Assembly (NCBI GenBank): GCA_963708075.1
Contig: OY970194.1
Coordinates: 5,056,001-5,120,000 of the forward strand
Reading direction: 5' to 3'
DNA: 64,000 nt
Source of the DNA: Sedimentisphaerales bacterium
GTDB taxonomy: Bacteria > Planctomycetota > Phycisphaerae > Sedimentisphaerales > Anaerobacaceae
The notes beneath the pieces were generated by a model, which was not told the DNA's origin, did not search any database, and saw only the letters and a list, made by a program, of their open reading frames with translations. A program made the position numbers and the translations under genes. Shown piece after piece: positions 9,581-20,453 of the stretch; position 1 is the first letter of the stretch, and each line of letters opens with the position of its first letter.

Positions 9581-10798
9581 ATGGCTATCGTTGATGAAAA
9601 GCTGCGTTTCGGGTTCACTGAGGCAGGCCGAGTGATCCTGCGAGGGATGGGCTTTGTCGCGCTGGCGGCCTTCATCGTGCCGGCGTTCGGCGTGCTTTCC
9701 ATCCTGGTTTGCGTTCTGCTGACGGCTCTGCTGCTCGGCTTTCTCGTGCGGCCGCGGGTTCGCATCGATGGCCACCTGCCCGGCCGCGTCGTTGCCGGCC
9801 GGACAACGCAGCTCACGTACGTGCTCAGGAATGTCGGCCGTTTCCCGGCCTATAACCTCTGGGTGGGCTTCACCGCCCTGCCGCAAGCCATTGAACAGAT
9901 CGGCAGTGAACATACACTGCCCCGTCTCGCGCCCGGCGAAACCGCGCAAGTGACCGTCACAATCCGCCCGACTCGCCGGGGCTGCTATCGCATCGGTCAC
10001 CCGGTGTGCCGGTCGGGGTTTCCATTCAACCTCCTGTGGTTCGGCGTATCGCGTGAAGGCGAGGAGAGCTTAATCGCCCTGCCGGCGTTCTCGCGGCTGC
10101 AAATGCCGCTGCGACGGCTCAGTCGGTACGCGCAGACCGCCGGCATGAGACTGGCCGGCCGGACCGGCGTTTCACCGGAGTACATCGGCAGCCGCCCGTT
10201 CATGCGCGGCGACTCGCCCCGGCACATCGACGCCCGCGCCTGGGCCCGTCTGTCAGTGCCCGCGACCAAGGAATATGACGAGGACTGCGACAATTACGCC
10301 GCCCTTGTGCTCGATACCTGCATCCCTGATACTGCCACAAGGGACAAGTCCGGGCAAATCGATGAGCTTGAGGCGGCCGTCAGCCTGTGCGCCTCGGTGG
10401 CTTTCACAATGCACAGCAGTCACTTCATAGATCTGCTGCTGGCCGGTCCCGAGCTGCATGAGTTCAGCGGCTGGCCCCGCGAGGCCCGGCTGGACAGAAT
10501 CCACGAGCTGCTTGCGGGCGTGGAACCATCCCAGGCGCCCGCCAACGAGCGGGCCGTCATGTTCATGCTGGACCGATTTCGTGAGATGTCACAGGTTGTG
10601 TTCATCCTGCTCGGGTGGACGCAGACTAATCAGCAGTTGGTGGAGCTGGCGGAACGCGCCGGCTGTCATTGCACCGTCGTCCTGATCGGCGACTCGAAGG
10701 CCGCGCGAGTGAGCGAAGATCGGGCTTCCACGTGGGCCGGGACTGTCCGGGTCCTCTCGCCCCAGGAGATCCTGTCAGGACGGATGAAGCAATTATGA
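9581..10798 (+). CDS. DUF58 domain membrane protein
   Basis: N-terminal TM helices; EYIGSRPFMRGDSPRHIDARAWAR...KEY motif; follows MoxR. Confidence 0.88.
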   Translation: MAIVDEKLRFGFTEAGRVILRGMGFVALAAFIVPAFGVLSILVCVLLTALLLGFLVRPRVRIDGHLPGRVVAGRTTQLTYVLRNVGRFPAYNLWVGFTALPQAIEQIGSEHTLPRLAPGETAQVTVTIRPTRRGCYRIGHPVCRSGFPFNLLWFGVSREGEESLIALPAFSRLQMPLRRLSRYAQTAGMRLAGRTGVSPEYIGSRPFMRGDSPRHIDARAWARLSVPATKEYDEDCDNYAALVLDTCIPDTATRDKSGQIDELEAAVSLCASVAFTMHSSHFIDLLLAGPELHEFSGWPREARLDRIHELLAGVEPSQAPANERAVMFMLDRFREMSQVVFILLGWTQTNQQLVELAERAGCHCTVVLIGDSKAARVSEDRASTWAGTVRVLSPQEILSGRMKQL

Positions 10799-10827
10799 GA
10801 AGGATTCTGATGCAACGCGTCTCGATC

Positions 10828-10909
10828 CGGGTGGCAGCGGCAAGGCCGAAGGCTTTGCCGATGGCGAATGGGCAAACCATCGGCAAGCTGCGCTTGCCGC
10901 TGCCACCCG
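10828..10909. repeat. REP/REPIN-like palindrome, family C
   Basis: CGGGTGGCAGCGGCAAG...CTTGCCGCTGCCACCCG; related copy at 15487. Confidence 0.75.
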
Positions 10910-10952
10910 AAAATGCGTAAGAAGTGAGAATAAGAACTCATCAGCGATTGGT

Positions 10953-13053
10953 ATGAAGACGCAAAAGGCCATAGCGACGGTGATGATCGTGGCCGGCTCG
11001 GTGCTGGTGGCAGCCGTGTTCCGGGATATTGCCTTCCCGGCGATCCTGTGCATGCTGGGTCTGCTCGGCCTGCAGCGGCGGTTCACCTGGCACATCCGGC
11101 CGGAGCGACGCGTCATCACCTCCCTGCTCCTGCTGCTGCTGGCGATTTTTTTCGCCGCCCACTACACGTACGCCGGGCTCGCCAGCCGGGTGGCACAAGA
11201 GCAGGCTGCCATCGCGGCCTGGGGGACGATCTCTCGCTACTTCCTGGCCTCGATGATCCTGATCCTGTTCCTTGGCTCGCGACAACGCCTTCCGCCGTCG
11301 CTTGCATTGTTCTATATGGCCACGGTCGTATCCGCCGGGCAGGTCCTGTTGCTCAACGACCTGTACACGGCCTTTCGACTGCTCGAAGCCCTGTCCGTGA
11401 TTCTCATCGTGCTCTACGCCGCCCCCGGCCGGATTGGCGACATCGGCCTCGCGCGGACGCAGGAGGCTCGCACCCAGGGCCGTACGTCTTTGGCCTTTGC
11501 GGCTGTCTCCTCCGCTCTTCGCTCCCGCCGCACCGTCGCCACCGGGCTCGTCCTGCTCCTGGCCGTAAACCTCGGCTGGATCATGGCCTCCGTGCTGTAT
11601 CGTCACGTGGAGCTGCTGAACTACATGCCGGTCTGGCTCTGGCGCAGCGGCGTCGGCCTCGACGCTCCCATCGACAACACCGCCTATGTCGGCTTTTCCA
11701 CAAGTGGCGAACTGTCCAGCCTCTTGTTGATCAAGGGCGATCAAGATACCACGGTCGCGCTGAAGATCATCTCGGACAACAATCCGGGGTATCTGCGGGC
11801 GCGGGCATTCGATCTCTATCGGCCGTCGACATGGGCAGAGGTCTCGCACGGCGACGCGATCGAGCCCAGCCAGAACACGTCGCTGGGCGGGTACTTCGTG
11901 GGCCGCATGAACCAATTTCGCCTGAGCAGGCAGACGGATGTGCGGACGCGGGAGATGATGGTCCGCCATGAGTCGCGCATCCCCGACGTCATGTTCACGC
12001 CGCTGGGCACGCTGTCCGTCGAGGCGCCGCTGCCGGTGCTGATGTACGACGACGACGGCATCGTGTCGGCCCCGAGAGGGCGGACGAGTCCGAACTATCG
12101 AGTCGCCTATGCCGACCCGACGTACGCCCCGCCGCCGACGCGTCCGATGCTCGGCGTGCCGCCGCAATTGGATCCGCGGGTGCGGCAACTGTCCGATAAA
12201 ATCTTCGCCAACTGTACCACGACCGCGGAAAAGATCAAAGCGGTCATCGATCACTTTCAAGCCAACTACACCTATTCGCTGGGCCTGACCGTCCCGCCCG
12301 GCCGGGACAAGCTCGAGTACTTTCTGCTCGAAGCGTCCACCGGCTACTGCGAGTACTTTGCCTCGGGGGCGGCGATCCTGCTGCGTCTGGCCGACGTGCG
12401 CACCCGATACATGACGGGCTTTCTCGTGACGGAGAAAGACGCCGACGGCGAGGCGTGGATCGCCCGGAACATGGACGCCCACGCGTGGGTCGAAGCCTGG
12501 GACGAGGAGAGCCGCCAGTGGACGATTGTCGAGGCCACCGTGCAGGATGGCCTTGCCACGGCGTCGCCGGACGAGGAATCCAGTGAGGCGGGCGGTCTGA
12601 GCCGGTACCTGCTGTTTGGGCAGCTCCTTGACGACCTCTATGAATATGGCCTCTTCGGCGTCCTTGCCTGGGCACTGCAGTTCTACGGGCTGCCCGCCAT
12701 CTCATTCCTGCTGGCGACTACTTTTGTCGGCACATCGTGGTGGCTGTACAGGCGAGCCCGGGCCAGGCACAGACGCCGCTCCGAGCGGCCGCTCGCGCCC
12801 GAGCTCGTCGCTCTGCACAGGGTGCTGGCCCGGATGGACCGCCGCGTCAGGACCGTCGGACTGCGACGCGAGCTCGAATGAGACCCTCCAGGCATTCGCC
12901 CAGCGTCTCCGCATTAAGGACACCGGCGACGGACTCTGGGCCAATGTCTCCGACTGGTACCTCGAATACGCCGACCTGCGCTACAGCCGCATCATCTCGC
13001 CCGACCGTCTGCACCGCCTTCAGCACCTCGCCGTCCTGCTGCAGCAGCCGTGA
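10953..13053 (+). CDS. Membrane transglutaminase-like protein (TgpA/DUF3488 type); apparent frameshift near 12878
   Basis: Multi-TM N-terminus; GYCEYFAS and DAHAWVEAW catalytic motifs; ORF stops at 12881 but the C-terminal tail NETLQAFAQRL...YADLRY continues in the +1 frame to 13053. Confidence 0.85.
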
Positions 13054-13984
13054 TGCTCAGGTCCCGCACCTGGATCGCCGCATCGAATGTGCCGGGGATT
13101 TCCCAGCCGAGATTCATATTGGCGACCGCGTAGTTGTGCGGATCAGGATCTTTCAGGTATCCTCTCTTTACCGCCTCCTGCAAGCCGCTCCGGATGTGAG
13201 GCAACAAGTCGGTCTGGAGAGTGAGCCACTGTCCCGGCTTCAGGGCTGTGACACCCACGGCCTTTCCATCCACGGTGTAGATGAACTTGCCTGTCGCATC
13301 GTCCTTGCCAGCATCCTTGGCCATGTAGGCCGGTGGGACATCATGCCGGCTATCGAAGAAAGGCACGCCGAACCAGTAGTACCCGCCGTGGTCTTTGGAT
13401 GCCGGACCAATACTCTTAACGATGAAGAACAACTGGAATTGAGCCGCATGGAGGCCCGGATCACACTGGCCTTCTGCCATGTGATTCGTGCAGTACAACA
13501 GCCGCAGGCTTATCTGGAGCTGGATTCGCTCCAATTCATCCAGCGGGCACAACGTGACGGCATCCTGCTCCACCAGCAGATGCGGCCAGCTCTCGCCATA
13601 CTTCCTCGGCATGGCGCCGTATTCCGCCTGGCCCGATATTCCCAGGGTGAGGCCCCGACTCGGAGCGTTGGCTCTTCCAACAACCACGCTCTTCCCGGCG
13701 TTTACGTACATCAGGCTGCCATCTTCATCCCGGATACAGTGGGCGGTCGCCAGTGTGTGCTTCGTGCCCCACTGGCACAGCCTCCACGCAGGGACATTGT
13801 TCACAGCACCGAAGTTGAGAACCGCTTCTACCGAACGTCCCTTGGATGAATCCGGATAGCTCAGAAACAATCCCCGCTCGAACCCCATATCGGCGAACAG
13901 GGCTTGAGCGTCCGTCCCCTGCCCGGCTTGAACAGTGGGCAACAGGACCATCACAAGGAGCAGACTATTCCAGGCAAAGTGCAT
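12992..13984 (-). CDS. Secreted hypothetical protein (aromatic-rich, possibly carbohydrate-related beta-sandwich)
   Basis: 330-aa ORF with GGAGG RBS and signal peptide. Confidence 0.7.
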   Translation of the reverse strand: MHFAWNSLLLVMVLLPTVQAGQGTDAQALFADMGFERGLFLSYPDSSKGRSVEAVLNFGAVNNVPAWRLCQWGTKHTLATAHCIRDEDGSLMYVNAGKSVVVGRANAPSRGLTLGISGQAEYGAMPRKYGESWPHLLVEQDAVTLCPLDELERIQLQISLRLLYCTNHMAEGQCDPGLHAAQFQLFFIVKSIGPASKDHGGYYWFGVPFFDSRHDVPPAYMAKDAGKDDATGKFIYTVDGKAVGVTALKPGQWLTLQTDLLPHIRSGLQEAVKRGYLKDPDPHNYAVANMNLGWEIPGTFDAAIQVRDLSITAAAAGRRGAEGGADGRAR

Positions 13985-14005
13985 CGCCGTCCTCCACGTT
14001 ATTCC

Positions 14006-15352
14006 TTACAGCGTCCAGCCTTCGCGGTACGGGGTCTGGACGTACTTTTGTGCCTGCGGCAGATTGGTTACCTTCATGCCAGGCCCGTCCCATTCGATCC
14101 TCGCATCCACGCGTTTGGCGATGTTGCCGAGCAGGCAGATCTCCGTGAGCAACGCGGAATACTCAAAGTCGGCGCCCGCCCGCTGCCCGCTCTTGCAAGC
14201 CCGGACCCAGTCCTGCTCGTGCGAGCCTTCCACTCGCGGGATCGTCTTGGCCGGCAGCTTGTACTCTTTCATTCTGCTCTCGGGAATCAGTCGCGGGCTC
14301 TCTCCATACACGCCGCCGACGAGCTTGCCCTTGGTGCCCTTGAACAGGACGCCGCCTTCCGCGTGCCCCATTTGCCTGCCTTCTTCGAGCTCCGCCGGCC
14401 GGGGCGCGCGAAGGCCGTCGTACCACGTCAGCTTCACGGGGGGAAATCCCTCGCGAGCCGGGAACTGGTATGTCACGATGGAAGCCAGTGGATGCGTGTC
14501 GGGATTGAGGTCCAGCGAGGTGGCCTCGATGCTCGTCGGATAGCCCAGCTTCAGCGCCCAGACGACCGGGTCGAGCGTGTGGACGCCGCGATCGCCCATC
14601 ATGCCGCAGCCGAAGTCCCACCAGCACCGCCACACCGCCGGATGGTACGCCGGATGATACGGCCGCTGCGGCGCGGGACCCAGCCACAGGTCCCAGTTCA
14701 GCGTCGCCGGGATCGGCGGCGTATCCTCGGGCCGACGGCTCCACTTGGAGCTCCAGTACGCATGGCCGAAGGGATAGTACGACAGACTGCACCAGGCATC
14801 GACCTCGCGCACCTCGCCGATGGCGCCATCCCGGATCCACTCGCAGATCAGCCGGGCCCCTTCGCCGGAATGACCCTGGATTCCCATCTGCGTGGTCACG
14901 CCGGTGTCTCGCGCCGCCTTCGCGAGCATCCGTGCCTCGTAGACATCATGCGTCAGCGGCTTCTGGCAGTAGACGTGCTTGCCCCGCCGCATCGCCTCCA
15001 TCGCGATGACCGCGTGGGTATGGTCCGGCGTGGCAATCATCACGGCGTCGATGCCCTTCTCCTTGTCGAGCATCTCACGATAGTCACTGTACACCTTCGC
15101 CTGCGGATACTTCTTGAATGTCTCGGCGGCATATGCGTGGTCCACGTCGCACAGGGCCACGATGTTCTCCGTTTCGAGCTCGCTCAGGTTGCTCTTGCCC
15201 ATGCCGCCGACGCCGATGCCGGCGATATTGAGCTTCTCGCTGGGCGCAATGCGGCGCGGCCCGCCAAGAACATGGCTCGGCACAACGGTAAACGCCGCCG
15301 CCGTCGCCGTTGTCGCAAGAAAATGACGCCTGCTGATCTCTCCTTTTGACAT
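14006..15352 (-). CDS. Tat-exported Gfo/Idh/MocA family oxidoreductase
   Basis: SRRHFL Tat motif; IGVGGMG, ATPDHTHA, HVYCQKPLT, WDLWLGPAP. Confidence 0.93.
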   Translation of the reverse strand: MSKGEISRRHFLATTATAAAFTVVPSHVLGGPRRIAPSEKLNIAGIGVGGMGKSNLSELETENIVALCDVDHAYAAETFKKYPQAKVYSDYREMLDKEKGIDAVMIATPDHTHAVIAMEAMRRGKHVYCQKPLTHDVYEARMLAKAARDTGVTTQMGIQGHSGEGARLICEWIRDGAIGEVREVDAWCSLSYYPFGHAYWSSKWSRRPEDTPPIPATLNWDLWLGPAPQRPYHPAYHPAVWRCWWDFGCGMMGDRGVHTLDPVVWALKLGYPTSIEATSLDLNPDTHPLASIVTYQFPAREGFPPVKLTWYDGLRAPRPAELEEGRQMGHAEGGVLFKGTKGKLVGGVYGESPRLIPESRMKEYKLPAKTIPRVEGSHEQDWVRACKSGQRAGADFEYSALLTEICLLGNIAKRVDARIEWDGPGMKVTNLPQAQKYVQTPYREGWTL

Positions 15353-15486
15353 CGTGACACCTCCCGGCACTCAGGCCCTTGAAATCAGATATGCCGCATC
15401 TGCGCATCGACCGCTGCTATTCGCGCCAATTCTACCACGTCCCCACCGTCTTTGAAATGCCGAGCGCAGAGCCAATGTACCTGTGC

Positions 15487-15526
15487 CGGGTGGCAGCGGT
15501 AAGCGCCAGCTTGCCGCTGCCACCCG
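15487..15526. repeat. REP-like palindrome, family C
   Basis: CGGGTGGCAGCGGTAAGC...GCTTGCCGCTGCCACCCG. Confidence 0.72.
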
Positions 15527-15602
15527 ATATCCACAAGGTTAGCATAGTCGGAGCAGTGCGCTCGCACCTTGAGCACTTATTGGAAGGTGGCAAAGGCGGG
15601 CG

Positions 15603-16977
15603 TTACGGCCGGATGCGGTGGAGGATATTTCGTGGGTCGAGGCGGCGGAGGAGACGACCGAGGCGGTCCATCAAACAGGTCAGGCGGATGCCGTAGTCGA
15701 TGGCTCGCAACTCGGAGTCGTCGGGAAGGGCCGCGCGAGCCCGGGCGATCTGTTCCGTTGCTTTTGTAGTATTGCCCGCTGCCAGGTAGGCAAGGGCCAA
15801 GTCCTTCAGAGCGCCTGGATGGACAGCGTTCAGATCGATCGCGCGGGAGAGGAATCGCGTGGCGTCCTCAAAGTACCCTTTGTTCGCCGCGGCGATGCCA
15901 AGATAGTAGTAAGCGTCGGCGTTGCGTTTGTCCAATCCCGTTGCCCGCAACAGGCATTGCGTGGCGTGATCCGGGTCGCCAAGGGTCAGGAACATCGAGC
16001 CCATCGACAGCAGCGCATTTGCATCGTCCACATCGATATCGAGTTCCGTCAGCAAGAGAGCCCTCGCGTCGCCCGGCCGGCCACAGGATAGCGCGTGCTG
16101 GGCCAGACGGTAGTGCGGCCCGGGCATCGTGGCGTCCTTCTCCATAGCCTCCTCAAAAAGCTCCATCGCTTTCTCGACCTCGCCCCGATCGAACAACAAC
16201 TCGCCGAGGTAGAACAGCGCGGCGCAACTCGGGATTGAATTCCAGGATACGGTGGAACTTCTCCTGGGCCGATTCGATCTCGCCGAGTTCCAGCAGGAAC
16301 AGGGCGAAATCCATGGTGACTTCGACGTCGCCGGGGTTCGCACGCAGCTCGGCCAGGAAGTGTTCCCGGGCGAGGTCGCGCTCGCCCTCGGACCAGAAGG
16401 CCTGGGCGATGCGGTAGTGGATCTGGGGGTGCGAGGGCTCCAGCTCCGCGGTGCGCATCCAGCAGCGAACCGCCTTCTTGAACTGCCCGCGGGCGAAGAG
16501 GCTATTGCCGATGTTGTAGTAACACAGGGGGCAGTCGGCGTCGATCTGCTGGGCGAGGTAGAACATCTGCTCGGCCAGGTCGTGTTGACCCATCTCCGTA
16601 TAGGTGATGATCCGGTTGCAGTAGCCCGGCTCGAACTTCTGGTCCAGTTGCTCGATGTCCTCGAAGGTCGTGAGGGCTCGGTCATACAATCCCATGCGAG
16701 TGTAATCCACCCCCAGGGCGTTGAGGATCTCCAGGTCGCCGGGGCTAAGTTGCAGCGCGGTCTCGTACTCGTTGATGGCCTCGTCGAATCGGCTGATCGC
16801 GTCGAGCGTCAGGCCCCGGTTGAAGTGCCACGCGCTGTTGGTCGGATTGATCTCCAGGGCCCGGTCCAACTGCGTCAGGGCCTGGGTCATCTTGCCGTCT
16901 TCATAGAGCTCGAACGCCTTGCGGGCGTTTCGTTCGGCTTTGTCATAGGGACCAAATTCAGCGCCGTCAAAGAACAT
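15603..16977 (-). CDS. Tetratricopeptide repeat protein; apparent frameshift near 16228
   Basis: TPR motifs in ORF 16153-16977 (ALEINPTNSAWHFNRG) continue in another frame (ALFYLGELL...ADAYYYLG) to 15603. Confidence 0.82.
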
Positions 16978-17428
16978 ACGTGCCGTGCACCTCCAGGGGT
17001 ATCCCCTGTATACTATCGATTACGCATGAGTCTTCTGCAATCCAGGGAAAGCGTCCAGACGGCAGCCATAGAGACGCAAGGTTACGTGTCTCTACCACCT
17101 GCATCACCGAACCTTCACTCACAATGGACGCGATCATCTTACCGGCGTTATCGCCCAACCCCTGTAGCGGCGTTAGCATTTTCACCGGGCGGGCATTTGT
17201 TTTTGCCGAAGCGGCGGATTCTGCTGGCCAATCGGTTGGTAAGCCTTTATAATATCAGAGCTTAGCGTGGTGATACGCGATGTCCTGGCATGCGGGCCGC
17301 GTCGGGAACGCTGTTTTTCTGGCTGCCCCTTGACCACGGTCTTATAATGCATCTGTGGCAGCGGGCAGGCGGTCACGTCGGCTGCATGTGTCCGTACGGC
17401 ACACCACGGTTTGTTTGGAGAGCCAGCT

Positions 17429-17896
17429 ATGGTCGAGCAGATCAAGGGTCGGATTGCGGCCGGCATGGGCAGATATGCCATCGTCGTCAGCAGGTTCAAC
17501 GACTTCATCACATCGAAGTTGGTGGAAGGGGCGATCGACTGTCTTCAGCGGCATGGCGCCGCCGATGAGCAGATCCAGGTCGTCTGGGTCCCCGGCGCCT
17601 GCGAGATCACGATCGTCGCCAAAAGGCTGGCCGTCAGCGGGCGGTACGCAGCGGTGCTATGTCTCGGCGCGGTGATCCGGGGCCAGACCAGCCACTACGA
17701 AGCCGTGTGCCAGCAGGTGATTCGAGGCGTCGGCCAGATCAACTATGACACGGGCGTGCCGACGATCTTCGGCGTGCTGACCTGCGAGACCCTCGAACAG
17801 GCGATTGAGCGGGCGGGCACGAAGATGGGCAACGCCGGCGCCGATGCCGCGGTGACCGCGATGGAAATGGCCCACGTCCTGGAGCAGATGAAGTGA
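17429..17896 (+). CDS. ribH: 6,7-dimethyl-8-ribityllumazine synthase
   Basis: [37 protein letters not shown]...QAIERAG. Confidence 0.96.
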   Translation: MVEQIKGRIAAGMGRYAIVVSRFNDFITSKLVEGAIDCLQRHGAADEQIQVVWVPGACEITIVAKRLAVSGRYAAVLCLGAVIRGQTSHYEAVCQQVIRGVGQINYDTGVPTIFGVLTCETLEQAIERAGTKMGNAGADAAVTAMEMAHVLEQMK

Positions 17897-17978
17897 TATC
17901 GGTCCTGCTGCGCAGGCCGCCAGGGCACAAGAAAACAGGGCTTGGATGATTCTTACACGCACGGACGTTCACACACGC

Positions 17979-18425
17979 ATGGGTACTGACAAACGAACGA
18001 GGGCCAGAGAGCTTGCCATGCAGGCGCTCTACCAGCTCGATGTTCAAGGCTCCGAGTTGCTCTCGCGCCTGATGGGCGACTTCTTCTACGAGGAAGAAGG
18101 CGACGAGCGAACGCGCAAGCTCGCCTGGGAGTGGACGACCGGGACGTGGGAGAAGGTCGCGGAGTGCGATGAGATGATTACCGGCTCGACGATCCGCTGG
18201 CAATTCTCGCGCTTGTCGCCCGTGGACCGGAGCATCCTGCGCCTGGCGGTGTACCAATTGAAGTTTTGTCCCGATATTCCTCCGAAGGTGGTCATCAACG
18301 AGGCGATCGAGCTGGCGAAGCGGTACAGCACGGACAAGTCCGGCCCCTTCGTCAACGGCGTGCTCGACGCCGTTTTGAAAAAGATGCAGGCCGACCATCG
18401 GCCCGTGGATGAGCAGAAAGGTTGA
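17979..18425 (+). CDS. nusB: Transcription antitermination factor NusB
   Basis: RTRARELAMQALYQ, VDRSILRLAVY, VVINEAIELAK, FVNGVLD; follows ribH. Confidence 0.96.
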   Translation: MGTDKRTRARELAMQALYQLDVQGSELLSRLMGDFFYEEEGDERTRKLAWEWTTGTWEKVAECDEMITGSTIRWQFSRLSPVDRSILRLAVYQLKFCPDIPPKVVINEAIELAKRYSTDKSGPFVNGVLDAVLKKMQADHRPVDEQKG

Positions 18426-18429
18426 TGGT

Positions 18430-19428
18430 TTGAGAACAATTGCTGTGCTCAATCAAAAGGGAGGGGTCGGCAAAACCACGACGGCGGTGAACGTGGCGGC
18501 CGCCCTGGCTGCCGCGGGCCGGAAGGTGGTCGTGATCGACCTCGATCCTCAGGCCCACCTGACGATCCATCTGGGCGTCGAGCCCCAGACGGTTCAGGCC
18601 GGCGCCTACGAGGTCCTGACCCAGTCGGCGGATTTCGCGCAGAGTCTGATGCTTGTGCGTCCCAACCTCTGGCTGCTGGCGGCCAACATCAATCTCGTCG
18701 GCGCGGAGACCGAGCTGGTCAATATGGTCGGCCGTGAGATCATCCTGCGCGAGGCCATGCAGCCCTGCCAGAACCAATTCGATTTCTGCCTGATCGACTG
18801 CCCGCCCTCGCTCAGCGTTCTCTCGCTCAACGCCCTGGCGGCCGCCCAGGAAGTCCTGATCCCGCTGCAACCGCACTTCCTGGCTTTGCAGGGATTCGGC
18901 AAGCTGCTCCAGACCGTCGATCTGGTCAACAAGCGGATCAACCGCAATCTCAGAGTCACCGGCGTGCTGCTGTGCATGAACGACACCCGGGCCTCCCTGT
19001 CCAACGAGGTTCGTGCCGATATCGAGCAGTTCCTCACCAATGCGCGGGGCACCAACAGCGCCTGGTCGCAGGCTCAGATCCTGCCGACCTTCATCCGCCG
19101 GAACATCAAGCTGGCGGAGGCCCCCAGTTACGGCCAGACGATCTTCGAATACGACCCCGACTGCAACGGCGCCGAGGACTATGCGAAAGTCGCGAAGTTC
19201 TTCCTCGGCATCGAAGACAAACCCGAGGAAGCGCCTCCGCCCGAGCAGATCGTTCCTTCCACGGTGCCGGAGCAGACACCCCCTGCCCCAGCACCCATCG
19301 AAATTCGCGAGGTGAGCCTGCCCGTCCCGCAGCACGACACGCCGGTCCCGCTCTGCACGGAACAGCCGGCGCCGGCCGCCGACTCCACGCCCTCTGAGCC
19401 TCAGGCCGATGTCCCCACGGCTATCTGA
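18430..19428 (+). CDS. parA: ParA/Soj-family ATPase with Pro-rich C-terminal tail
   Basis: NQKGGVGKTT, IDLDPQ, IDCPPSL, IRRNIKLAEAPSYG; TTG start assumed (alternative ATG at 18409). Confidence 0.88.
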   Translation: MRTIAVLNQKGGVGKTTTAVNVAAALAAAGRKVVVIDLDPQAHLTIHLGVEPQTVQAGAYEVLTQSADFAQSLMLVRPNLWLLAANINLVGAETELVNMVGREIILREAMQPCQNQFDFCLIDCPPSLSVLSLNALAAAQEVLIPLQPHFLALQGFGKLLQTVDLVNKRINRNLRVTGVLLCMNDTRASLSNEVRADIEQFLTNARGTNSAWSQAQILPTFIRRNIKLAEAPSYGQTIFEYDPDCNGAEDYAKVAKFFLGIEDKPEEAPPPEQIVPSTVPEQTPPAPAPIEIREVSLPVPQHDTPVPLCTEQPAPAADSTPSEPQADVPTAI

Positions 19429-19441
19429 CAACCGCAGCATC

Positions 19442-19518
19442 GGGTGCCACGTCTACACTCGCATTGACATGTCTCATCCAGAAAAGAACATGCTTACGCG
19501 AGCGTAAGCATGGCACCC
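19442..19518. repeat. REP/REPIN-like palindrome, family A
   Basis: GGGTGCCAC...CATGCTTACGCGAGCGTAAGCATGGCACCC; copies at 48237, 49488 and 62259. Confidence 0.8.
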
Positions 19519-19531
19519 AGACTCATCGCCA

Positions 19532-20443
19532 TCACTTGCCTTTCAGAAACCCCGACTCTCCCATCCACTTTTCACAGAGCTTGGGCCAGGCGGAGGCGCC
19601 GTCGAGCTTCTGGCCGAGGCCGAAGCCGTGCGGGCCTTTGAGGAAAATGTGCATCTCGGCGGGAACGTTTGCCTTTCGCAGGGCCAGGTAGAAATAGATG
19701 CTGTTCTCCGCGGGGACGCCTCTGTCCTCCCAGGTGTGGATGAGGAAGGTCGGCGGCGTCTGCGGCGTCACCTGCTTTTCGTTCGACATCTTTTCGACGA
19801 GCGCCGCATCGGGCTCGGCGCCGAGCAGATTCTTTCGCGAGCCGGTATGGGTGAACGGCTCTGTGAACGAAATCACCGGATAGACCAGCACGGCGAAATC
19901 AGGCCGGCAGCTCACGCGGTCGATGGTGTCCCGCGCCTCGCCGAACGACTCGTTGAAATGAGTCGCCGCCGTGGAGGCCAGGTGGCCGCCGGCGGAAAAG
20001 CCGAGGATGCCGATCCGATTGGGATCGACGCCCCACTCCTTCGCCCGGCTTCGCACGGTGCGGATGGCCCGCTGGGCGTCCTGGATCGGGGCCGGATGAC
20101 CGTAGCCTGCGCCGCTATTACGATGGCGATACTTAACGATAAAGCCGGCCACGCCGAACGAGTTGAGCCACTGGGCAATCTGGTGCCCCTCGTGGTCCAC
20201 TGCCAACGCGCCGTATCCGCCACCGGGACAAATCACCACGGAAGCACCGGTCGCCTTGTCCTGGGGAGGCAGGTAGATCGTCAGCGTCGGCTTGTCGCCC
20301 TCGGCCTCGCCCTTCGCCCCCGGGGCCCCGCCCGGCCAGAGCAGCTCGACCTTCGGCTCCCCCGCCGTAGCGATCATCGACCACGAAAGTCCGATTAACG
20401 TTACGATGCACAGATACTGGATTGCTCTTGATCCGTTTCTCAT
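19532..20443 (-). CDS. Secreted alpha/beta hydrolase (acetyl-xylan/BD-FAE-like esterase)
   Basis: CPGGGY, GFSAGGHLA nucleophile motif, TPPTFLIH, HGFG. Confidence 0.92.
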   Translation of the reverse strand: MRNGSRAIQYLCIVTLIGLSWSMIATAGEPKVELLWPGGAPGAKGEAEGDKPTLTIYLPPQDKATGASVVICPGGGYGALAVDHEGHQIAQWLNSFGVAGFIVKYRHRNSGAGYGHPAPIQDAQRAIRTVRSRAKEWGVDPNRIGILGFSAGGHLASTAATHFNESFGEARDTIDRVSCRPDFAVLVYPVISFTEPFTHTGSRKNLLGAEPDAALVEKMSNEKQVTPQTPPTFLIHTWEDRGVPAENSIYFYLALRKANVPAEMHIFLKGPHGFGLGQKLDGASAWPKLCEKWMGESGFLKGK

Positions 20444-20453
20444 GGTTTTCTCC

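Noticed and set aside
16978..17428. Possible FMN riboswitch upstream of ribH
   Set aside because: No RFN consensus motifs seen; only TATAAT-like boxes
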